Shown in pieces: positions 18,701 through 30,100 of a DNA stretch of 64,000 nucleotides; the first letter of the stretch is position 1, and each line of letters opens with the position of its first letter. A model generated the notes under the pieces. That model was not told the origin of the DNA and searched no databases. It saw only the letters and a program-made list of their open reading frames with translations. Source of the DNA: Mobula birostris (Eukaryota); contig NC_092383.1 of NCBI RefSeq assembly GCF_030028105.1, positions 98,417,604 to 98,481,603 of the forward strand, read 5' to 3'. Made by a program: the position numbers and the translations under genes.

Positions 18701-21700
18701 CTCATTTGAAGACATTTCTTCACACACAGACATATTGGTTGCTTGGGACTTGTGTAAAACCACATTTCAGACACTCCACACTACACTGTTGATGATGTGG
18801 TGTTCACCGAGTTTGCAATTAGCTAACAAAAGTTTCATCACCAGTTGAGGTGACTTCTGCAATGCGCAGTTGTTGGTGTTTCTCTCTGGGAGTGCTAGCA
18901 TTTATATAGCACCCCCCTCCCCCACCCCAATCAGTTGTCTCGGACCTGTTTGGTTACCCATTCACAAACCTTTGAATTATTTTGGCTGTTGGCAGTTTGT
19001 AGAGAGCGTTTATTTTGAGCTCTAGGCTCCGCAACCCCATTCTGACAATTTTCATTGGAAGCATTTTGTCTGGCTGCACTATTGTGTAGTACAGAGTACG
19101 GGTTGTGTGGCAAGGCAGCACATCGCAAGACCCTACAGAGGATAGTTAAAACTGCCAAGAGGTTTGCCGGGTCTTTTCTCCACCCCCTCCCCATTTGTGA
19201 CATTTCCCAGGAGTATTGCAGATAAAGGGCCCAAAGCATTGTTGAGGATCCCTACTATCCACCCCAGAATCTCTTTGACCCACTACCACCAGGAAGAAGG
19301 TACAGGAGCATCAGGACTAGGATTGCTAGACTGGGTAACAGCCTCTTCCCTCAGGCTGTGAGATTAGTGAATACCCTCCCCTGCCCCCACCGAGTTCTCG
19401 TCACTAGGACAATAAGCCATTTACTGTTTACAGTACTGTCTGCTGTTTAGCTGTGCTGTATGAATTTTGAGTTATAATTTATTAACTTATGGTAATACTT
19501 TGATTTATGCGCTTTATGTGTGTTATATCTTCTACGAGAGTTCCTTGGTCCAGAAGAATGTTGTTTCATTTGGTTGTATATATCTACAGTAATGACAATA
19601 AACTTGAACCTTTGTTCTAGAAAACAGTGGCCATTGACTGTGGTCTCCATTGTAAGTTGACCACGCATTATACAATCCATTGTTCTACATCAGAGGAGGC
19701 TTAGTGATCTATGATTCATGACCCACTGTTCTAGATGAGAGGGACTAATGGTACCTGTTCTGGATAGGTGAGCCTGTGACCCATTGTTCTAGATTGTGGC
19801 CCGTTGTTCTAGATCACGTACTGGTGACCATTAGCTCAGAGTAGCCGCTATCAGCTAGAGTTTGTCTTCAATATTCCATCAGGCCCTTCTACATTGTCAG
19901 CTAATCTCAAAACTTGATGGAAGGTTGTGTGAAGCTCACTGAATAACAGCACACTCACCCTGGTCAGTATCTCTCTCTCCTGACCCGCATGCCAAAACTG
20001 GTAGTGGCGTGGGGAGTGCAGGGGAGAGTAGAAGTCAGATGGAATTTGTGGCTCTGGTGGACTTGCACTCTGCAGAATACTGTTGGAAACACGAGGATCT
20101 CACAGTGGTGGAAAAACTCTAATTAGCTTGCCTGCAGAAGGCAGAGGGTGGTGGTGGAGGGAGTACATTCAGATTGGAGGATTGTGACTAGCGGTGTCCC
20201 ACAAGGATCTGTTCTGGGACCTCTACTTTTCGTGATTTTTATTAACGACCTGGATGTGGGGGTCGAAGGGTGGGTTGGCAAGTTTGCAGATGACACAAAG
20301 GTTGGTGGTGTTGTAGATAGTGTAGAGGATTGTCAAAGATTGCAGAGAGACATTGATAGGATGCAGAAGTGGGCTGAGAAGTGGCAGATGGAGTTCAACC
20401 CAGAGGAGTGTGAGGTGGTACACTTTGGAAGGACAAACTCCAAGGCAGAGTACAAAGTAAATGGCAGGATACTTGGTAGTGTGGAAGAGCAGAGGGATCT
20501 CGGGGTACATGTCCACAGATCCCTGAAAGTTGCCTCACAGTTGGATAGGGTAGTTAAGAAAGCTTATGGGGTGTTTGCTTTCATAAATCGAGAGATAGAG
20601 TTTAAGAGTCCCGATGTAATGATGCAGCTCTATAAAACTCTGGTTAGGCCACACTTGGAGTATTGTGTCTAGTTCTGGTCACCTCACTATAGGAAGGATG
20701 TGGAAGCATTGGAAAGGGTACAGAGGAGATTTACCAGGATGCTGCCTGGTTTAGAAAGTATGCATTATGATCAGAGATTAAGGGAGCTAGGGCTTTACTC
20801 TTTGGGGAGAAGGAGGATGAGAGGAGACTTGATAGAGGTGTACAAGATAATAAGAGGAATAGATAGAGTGGATAGCCAGCACCTCTTCCCCAGGGCACCA
20901 CTGCTCAATACAAGAGGACATGGCTTTAAGGTAAGGGGTGGGAAGTTCAAGGGGGATATTAGAGGAAGGTTTTTTACTCAGAGAGTGGTTGGTGCGTGGA
21001 ATGCACTGCCTGCGTCAGTGGTGGAGGCAGCTACACTAGTGAAGTTTAAGAGACTACTAGACAGGTATATGGAGGAATTTAAGTTGGGGGCTTATATGGG
21101 AGGCAGGGTTTTAGGGTCGGCACAACATTGTGGGCCGAAGGGCCTGTACTGTGCTGTACTATTCTGTTATTATCTTCAACACAGCATGAGGGCTGAGGCC
21201 CGGACCTTCATCACAGTAGTGCCCTCTGCTTTCTCCCGCAGAGCCAACTTGGGTCAAATATTTTTACTTGGATCCCATGGGATGTATTAGTCATCGGACT
21301 GCAGCTGGGACTGGGTCAAAAGCCTTGTTCAAATCATGTAGATCACATCAAGCAATTTGCCCTTCACTTCCCCCCTCAGTAAACCATGAAGCCAAGGGTA
21401 ATTGTCCTTTGTTGACAGTCTGCGGTGGTTATGCCGTCTCTTGGAATGAGCAGCAATCACCTGCCCAGCAACAAGGACACTCTGATTATTGTCTTGTCCC
21501 TTCCTCCAGTTTGCAATGTTTCCAGCTGCTGGTTCGCTCCTGTCGCTGGCGGGGACGGGGAAGCTGTAGTCGGATTCACTGGAGTCTACCTTTTAGGAAC
21601 CGGGGACAGATCTCATGCGGGCTATCATTTCATTGGCCAACAACCTGGAATAGGAGGATTGTGTGTGAGGGGCCGATTACAGGCATTGTGTAAATCCATT

Positions 21701-24123
21701 CCAGTTTACAATCAGGAGAGACCGACTGAAACATGTCGGACTTGTATGGAGAGGATGTTTCAGCTTGTGGGACATTCTGGCACCAGGAATCATTGGCTGA
21801 AAATATGGAGTGGGTGGTTTAAGTGGAAACGAGGCAGTTTTGTTTCTCTCTCTGAGGGTCGTGTACGTTTGGAACCCTCTTCCACGAAGAGGACGGCGTG
21901 GTAGTGTGGTGGTTAGCACAACGCTTTAGAGTATCGGCCGCCTGCGTTCAGTTCCTGCCGCTGTCGGTAAGGGGTTTGAACGTGACCGCGCAGCTTTCCT
22001 CCGGGTGCTCCGGTGTCCTCCCGCAGTCCAAAGACATGCCGGTTGGTAGGTGAATCGGTCATGGTAAATTGTCCCGTGATGAGGCTAGGGTAGAATCGGG
22101 AGCTAATGGTTAGTTGGCACGGCTCGAAGGGCCAGAAACGCCTTTTCCGCGCTGCTTCTCAATAATAAATACAAATGGCTGTGAAGCAGAGATTCTTTAG
22201 ATGATGGAGGTCGAGAGATTCTTCGTGAGAAGAGGCTGAAAGGTCACTGGTGCGAGGTGGAAATGTGGAGATGAGGTTACAGTGTGATCAGTTAGAGTGT
22301 CACGAAGCGTCGTGACCGAGCCTCGTCCTCCAGCTCCCACCGCCACCGCACGCGTTTGTGCATCATCCCTTCTCGCACGGTGACTGGTCTGTTAACTAAT
22401 CTTTTCCCCCACCTTCCTTTCCCATCTCACCCAGGTATTCTGCCAGAAACCCTATCACGTTCCGTTCAGCATACAGGCCTGAAGCTTCATCTCCTTTACT
22501 GCCACAGTACTGTGCCTCAGTGTGTACCATTGCCTTCACATCCACTAGACTCTCGCGCAGCTCCCTGCCATTCCGCATGGCCAGTGTGTTTTCCATCATT
22601 TCTGTCTCTGCCCTCCAAGGACGTGTCCAGTTTCCATATCCCAGTCCTGCTTCTCTCCCTTCTCGGTCTTTGCTCAGTTTCCCATCTCCCTGCCTTGGGT
22701 TTAAACTCTGCCATGGGGCATCAGCAAGCCCGTTCGTAAGGCTAGAAAGGGGCCACAGCCGGTTTGTCTCCGGAACGAGCCCCTTTGTCTAGTGCTGCCG
22801 TTCCTTGCAACAGAATCATCCTCACAATTTTCTCTCTCTGGGCAGCTGGACTGCGTGAGCCTGAGATTTGTTATGTGCTCGATGCGATACTCTTTGTCTA
22901 CGGGACGGTGTTAACGGCTCTGTACTGCCGTCTGAAGGTGAGTTACATTCCCATCAGCAGGGACACAGTCGGCGACACAGGGCGCTGGGGTTGAGGGTAT
23001 ACTGAAAGTTAGTGTGAGGGAGCTAGATTAATACCAATGGGGACACAGGCAGTGACACTGGGTGCTGTGGTTGAGGGACGCTGAAGGATAGTGTGAGGGA
23101 GCTGGATTAATATCAGTGGGACACTGGGTGCTGGGGGAGACGGGTTACTGGGGGACAGTGTGAGGGTATGAAGATGAGTTTCTCATTTGACTAACCTAAT
23201 ATGGGCTTTCGGGACACAATAGCCCAGACACAGAGTGTAAGCTCGGGGAGGGCTCGCTGGAACGAGATATTGGGAACAGTTCTGGGCACCACATTCCTGG
23301 AGTGACGGAGTCATTGGGAGAGGGTGGGGGACGTGAGTAGGGGAGTGAGGTGTTATGAGAATACTTCTGGTATTGGAATACTGTCACTGAGGAGAGATGG
23401 GAGAAGCTGGGGTTGTTTCTTCTGGAATATGGGAGGCAGGGGAAAGAGTGTGTGTGTGGGGGATGTAAAATAGTGAGTGGCTAGTTGGGAAAGAAGGGAA
23501 GGGCACAAACACACATACACAGAACAGACACACAGACACAGACACACAGACAGATACACAGACATACAAACACACACAGACACACACGCAAACACAGATA
23601 CACAGACATACAGACAGACAAACACACACAGATACACAGAACAGACACACAAACACACACAGACAGATACACAGACATACAGACACACAAACACACACAG
23701 ATACACAGAACAGACACACAAACACACACAGACAGATACACAGACATACAGACACACAAACACACACAGATACACAGAACAGACATACAAACACAGACAC
23801 ACAGATACACAGACATACAGACAGACAAACACACACAGATACACAGAACAGACACACAAACACACACAGACACACACGCAAACACAGATACACAGACACA
23901 GAAACACACAGATACACAGAACAGACACACAAACACACACAGACATACAGACACACAAACACAGACACGCAGACACACACACAAACACAGACACACAGAC
24001 AGACAAACACACACACATACAGAGACGTAGAGACAGACAGACAGAAACACACACACCACAGACATACAGACAGAAAGCAACACACAACACACACAACTAC
24101 ACCCCCCCCCAACGCACGCAAAG

Positions 24124-24157
<34 letters not shown>

Positions 24158-27100
24158 ACACACGGTGCGTGTAGGAAGGGTGTTTCCCCAGACTGTGGTG
24201 TCTAAGAAGAACAGTCTCAGAATGAGGTGTGGGCCCCTTCTGGACGGAGATGGGGAGAAATGCAGGGGGAGCATTCTCTCCCCCAGAGGCTGTGGGACTG
24301 CAATACCGAGGAGATTCAGGACAGACATCGCTGAGTATTAAGCAAACTGGGGGAAGGGAGTGGGATTTGTGCAAGAGGTGGTGCCGGGTTACGGATCATT
24401 CGTGGCTTTGTAAATGGAGCGGGGCATTCGTCCTTCCCACAATTACTTTATCTAAAGGGCCAGGCGGTGGGGAAGGTGCAAGGATGTTATACTTGAAAGA
24501 TAATTGAAACCTTTCTCAATCATTCACCGCAGATCTTGGATCGGAGGAAGGAGAAAGCAGCGGCCGGGCAGTCGGAGTACGAGGTTAGGCGGGAGCTGGG
24601 GTGACAGGGAGCGGGAAGGGAGAGCATCACCCGTGGGCAGGTGCTGGGGACGGAGCCCACGGCCCTGCACCGACATGAAATGGGTGGGAGGGTTAATCAA
24701 CTGAATTGGAGAACGGGCTATCCGTGATGTGAGGATGGGGAGAGGCTTTAAACCCTGCATGCCTAGAGGTTTCCTTAATATGTGTTTGTCGCTGTAGCAC
24801 CTGCGCATTGCAGCCACTGATGTCTATGAGGAGCTGAAAGGAGAGAAATCAGCTGGCCCCGGTGGGAAAAAGGTGAGTACTGCTCTGTCCTTGGAGTGTG
24901 TGATGGGATAGTCCAAAGGGAGATTCACTGTGTGTCTGATCCGTGTCCTGGGAGTGTGTGATGAGACAATGTAGGGGGAGATTCACTCTGTGTCTGACCC
25001 GTGTCCTGGGAGTGTGTGATGAGACAGTGCAGTGGGAGTTTCACTGTGTGTTTGACCCGTATCCTGGGAGTGTGTGATGGGACAGTGTAGAGGGAGTTTC
25101 ATTCTGTGTCTGACCCGTGTCCTGGGAGTGTGTGATGGGACAGTGTAGAGGGAGTTTCACTCTGTGTCTGACCTGTGTCCTGGAGTGTGTGATGGGACAG
25201 TGTAGAGCAGGATTCTTAACTTTTATGCCATGAACCCCTTTGCTAGTCCGGTGGATCCTATGTCCTCTTTTCAGAATAATGTATTTAAATATATAAAATA
25301 AAATACATAGAATTACAAAAAAAACGATTATATTAAAATAAAGTTATCAAAATATTAAAAGCACATCTGTGATACAGTAATATATGTCTTTCTTTATTAA
25401 AGCATTAAGTAACAAGACTATGCATTTGAAATATAGCCAGATTAAAATTAAATTTTATTTTTGAAGACATGTCAGTGTGAAGGCTGTTATTGCTTACTGG
25501 AATACGAACATTAAACTGTGGGCTGATCTTCGACAGAGTAACTCGTATGTCATTTTGGATATCCAACCGATTTAGGTTTCTTTTTGTTTTAATGTTTACA
25601 AGTGTTGAAAATCCTGATTCACAAAGATATGTCATTGCAAATGAAATTAAAGCTTCCATGGCTCGCTTTACAAGCCAAGAATAGGCTTCCCTCAAGGAAC
25701 AATTGACTTCTGCAAGGACTTTTGAGTTAAACTCCAATTGTAGTACGCTTTTTGTCCGTAGATCGATAATTTCATCTTTGGCTAGATCAACATCTTCGAT
25801 ACAGTTTACACCAGGAAGTAAAAGACTCCAGGTCTATGGTTGGGCTTCCATGCCATCAGGTTGGAAGTAACTTCTGAAAGAGTTCTGAAATGTTTCCGTG
25901 TCCTCAGACATTTCTTCAAAGGCGTTGACCGCTCCATCTTGGTGAAACACTTCCTCCAACATTTGAAAGTTTGCAAAGATGTTGGCGTCTACTCTCTTCT
26001 TCCATATCAGCAGCATTGCCCAGAACGCTGGTAATTTTTGAGTACCGTGCATAATGGTGGCTTCAGGACTTTGAACTGAAAGATTTATTTCATTCATGTG
26101 GTTAAAAATATCTGTCAGGTCAGCCAACCCACGGATACAATTCTTTGTGTTTCAACTTATTCCAAGAGTGGGTTTTCTTTTTTCAGAAAAGGTGAAGCTT
26201 TTGTCCTTAGTTCGAACAACAGCTTCAATACTTGTTCTTTGGAGAGCCAGCGAATTTCTGTGTGGTGGAGAAGCATTTCATATTCTACACCCATTTCTTG
26301 ACATAGTCTTTTTAAAATGCGATTATTCAGAGACCTGCTTCTAATAAAGTTGATGATGTTTATGGTCGTATTACAAAACTTCTTGCAGGATTGTCGGAAG
26401 AGTCTTTGTTGCCAGTGCATGTCATTGGGGGGCGCTGGAAGCGGACCCAACTGCAAGACACAGACATTGAAGTACTAGGGGCAGGACAAGGTTTATCAAG
26501 AAAGCAAGGGGAGTCAGGAAGAAACGACGCTGTACATGGACACAGGCCCTGGACGAGACTAAGATTCAGGGCCTGGGCTAGTACTTGGGCGAGAAGCACG
26601 GGACCCGGTCGTGGAACTAGGAACAAGGAGCCTGGACTAGGAACACGGAACTCCGGAACCAGAACCTGGGTCTTGACTCGGAACCGGAACCCGGGTCTAG
26701 GCTAGGACTCGGGACTAGGATCGTGGCAAGGACAGGACGTGGCTACAGGACTGGATGTGGAACTCCTGCACAGGACGAGAACACAAAGCCTTGACTTGGA
26801 CAGGACGAGGTTCTAGGACGTGGTTTGGGCTGGACCCCGGATCTAGGCGACGGCAAGACGTGGCTACAGGACAGGACGAGGTACCCCAGCACCGGGCTGG
26901 GCGAGGAACCGGAACGAGATGAGGACACGAAGCTCAGATTTGGACAAGGCTGGAACACAGCGCCTGGATTTGGTCTTGGAACACAGAGCCTTGGACTTGA
27001 ACGGGACGCTCAGAGCCTTGGACGTGGCTACAGGACTGGACGTGGAACATGGACAGGACGAGAACACAAAGCCGTGACCTGGACTGGACGAGGTTCTTGG

Positions 27101-30100
27101 ACGTGGCTTGGACTGGACGAGGGACTCTTGGACTGGACGAGAACACGAAGCCTTGACTTGGACAGGACTGGAACATGGCGCCTGGAACTTGAAACTTGGA
27201 ACACAGAACACAGAGCTGGGACTCCTCCTCGGGAATAGGATTTAGGGCCGGGGCTTTACACAGAGTCAGGGCCCGTCCTTGGGAACAGGACCCAGGACCG
27301 AGACTCTTTTTTGACACGGACACTACACACGGGGACACAAAGAGATAGTTCCAAACTCAACGATAGATAGTTCCTTATCTTGGCGTGGCAAGGCTCTAGT
27401 CTCACTCCGGTGGTTGAACTTGACAGGGATGCAGGCGAGGCTTCAGAAGGAAGGGGAAGGGAACAGTCCGCCGGGAATCCCTGGTTTGAGAGGTATTTAT
27501 GTACCAGCCCAAAACGAGAATCAGGTGCCTCGATTAAGGCACCCAATGGAACAAGGGAAAACAGGGCAAACCCGGAATACGGATCGATGGACGGGACCGT
27601 GAACCGGAGTGCGGATTTCATGGACCGGACCATGACAGTGCATGCCTGTGGAAAAACAATGAGTGACGAATGTGAGGAGCTTCTTTTTTCACTAAAGTAG
27701 CAAAACCATTGGTATTGTCAAGCATCGCAGGAGCTCCATCTTTGCAAAGAGTATGAAGTTTTTCTTTCCAGTCAAAGTTTTGTTTGGCAAATACTTTTTA
27801 CCGTTTCCAAATTCTTCTTTGATGGATTCAGCATGCGCTTAAAGAACAGAAACCAGGCGCTGACTGCATTGAGACATGTCTGTAATTTGATCTAGTTTCA
27901 TGCTGAATGGAACTTCCTCAAAGTCCTGCTTGAAAACGTTGAAATAAATATTAACTATTCTGGAAAGTATTGCGTTATTCGATAAGGGAACCACTTCTAG
28001 TTTCCTCCACACATTCTATCCGCTGTTCCAGTCCACAGACGAGCGCCACCATTTCGGGTGCATATGGCTTTACTACAGTCTATGCAATAGTGTTGGGGCT
28101 TTTTTTGTTTGGCAAGCCGGTAGCAACGTTGTAGGATAGTTCTAGAAAAAAGTTTTGGTGAAATAGTAAATCCAGGTTTGGAAGTGTCTCAACTTTTTCG
28201 AATCGAGTTTCCTTCGTTGGAAATTACCCACATCTTTAGAGGCATTTTCAGCACACCGTGGCTTTTGTGTCCCGTCACGTCCATTAAATCAATGAAACCA
28301 TATAATACCTGTACATAGTTTTTCTCATATTTCCCTTTTTTCGATATTTCACCTTAAATTGGGTTTGCAAAAGTATGACATCAATAAAGTTAAAATAGGA
28401 AATTCGTGTGCCAAATGTTGAAAAAGTTAAGTTTTAGAATTTATCCAAAGTTTGAATACTTTTCATGGATTTTAGATTCTCAGAATAACACAGGACTACG
28501 TGTTCTTCCGGGAATGAGGCTATTATTACGCATGGTTCTCATTTCTTATGTCGTTCGCAGCATTCTCGCGGTTATTTTAGGAAGTGCAGTACTTTCACAG
28601 CGTAATAATACACCAACACCACTTGCATAACACACGGCGCGTGGACGTCTTTACTTGAAAACACGGACAGTGAAAAAAGAAGCAAGTACGGCGAGAAAAC
28701 AAAAGATCCTCTGCTGCCGACAGAATTTACAGCACTGTGCATGACCTGTATCACTTTGCAATCTTTTAGCAATAACAAGACGTTACTTTAAATAACACTC
28801 TTCAGCAGTTACCTCAACCATCAGTCGTGTTTGAACTTGCCTGGGCGGCACTCGTAGCCCACGCGCCAGTTCGTATGACAAAAGGCCGTGCGAACTTTCG
28901 GAGAGTTAAAAAATCTCATTTGTCCTGTAAACACGAGGAATTCTGCAGATGCTGGAATTTCAAGCAACACACATCAAAGTTGCTGGTGAAGGCAGCAGGC
29001 CAGGCAGCATCTCTAGGAAGAGGTGCAGTCGACGTTTCAGGCCGAGACCCTTCGTCAGGACTAACTGAAGGAAGAGTGAGTAAGAGATTTGGAAGTGTGA
29101 GGGGGAGGGGGAGGGATGGAGCCAAGAGCTGGACAGATGATTGGCAAAAGGGATATGAGAGGATCATGGGACAGGAGGCCCAGGGAGAAGGAAAAGGGCG
29201 GGGGGGGGGAACCAGAGGGTGGGCAAGAGGTACATTCAGAGGGACAGAGGGAGAAAAAGGAGAGAGAGAGAAAGAATGTGCGTATATACATAAATAACGG
29301 ATGGGGTACGAGGGGGAGGTTGGGCATTAGCGGAAGTTAGAGATATCAATGTTCATGCCATCAGGTTGGAGGCTACCCAGACGGAATATAAGGTGTTGTT
29401 CCTCCAGCCTGAGTGTGGCTTCATCTTGACAGTAGAGGAGGCCGTGGATAGACATGTCAGAATGGGAATGGGACGTGGAATTAAAATGTGTGGCCACTGG
29501 GAGATCCTGCTTTCTCTGGTGGACACTCCCCCCCCCCCACCCCGCCTTGTCTTTCTCCTTGGGCCTCCTGTCCCATTGATCCTCTCATATCCCTTTTGCC
29601 AATCACCTGTCCAGCTCTTGGCTCCATCCCTCCCCCTCCTGTCTTCTCCTATCATTTTGGATCTCCCCCTCCCCTCCCACTTTCAAATCTCTTACTAGCT
29701 CTTCTTTCAATTGGTCCTGACGAAGGGTCACGTTCCGAAACGTCGACTGTACCTCTGCCTAGAGATGCTGCCTGGCCTGCTGCGGTCACCAGCAACTTTT
29801 ACGTGTGTCATTTGTACTGTACAGTTTTGCAAAAGTAATAAACAATAAAAAAATGACTCACCTCCTTCCACACTTTGATCAACAAACAATTTCAGATAGG
29901 GAATAATAGACAGCAACGTCGGTATCGGGGACACAAATGTGAGAACACGTGATTCACCGTCTGGTGGCGACAGGACTACCAGCCGATAGTTGGTCAGCTA
30001 CTTCGCACGGACGTCTGTGGTCAGGAAGACTGCGATCACGTTCCATCTCGCAGCGTTCTAAAAACTAACATAATGCCGAAGTAGCGATGAGAGTGTAGTA

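Larger units (their letters stand above)
28930..29807. mobile_element. Penelope-like head-to-head insertion with GIY-YIG C-terminal remnant and two hammerheads
   Basis: TSD TCATTTGT(C/A)CTGTA at 28916-28929 and 29808-29821; minus ~29335-29510 reads [50 protein letters not shown]. Confidence 0.88.

Noticed and set aside
21891-21965. tRNA gene
   Set aside because: Only A/B-box-like head of a V-SINE; no cloverleaf or terminator
22396-22599. Nested antisense gene (67-aa ORF)
   Set aside because: No recognisable homology or splice context; kept only as part of a low-interest unique block
23353-24374. Cys/Val-rich and Thr/His/Gln-rich ORFs (181-314 aa)
   Set aside because: Translations of the CA/TG microsatellite
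29928-29951. Possible right TIR of the intron 3 hAT
   Set aside because: No TSD follows, and hAT-like subterminal sequence continues to ~30297
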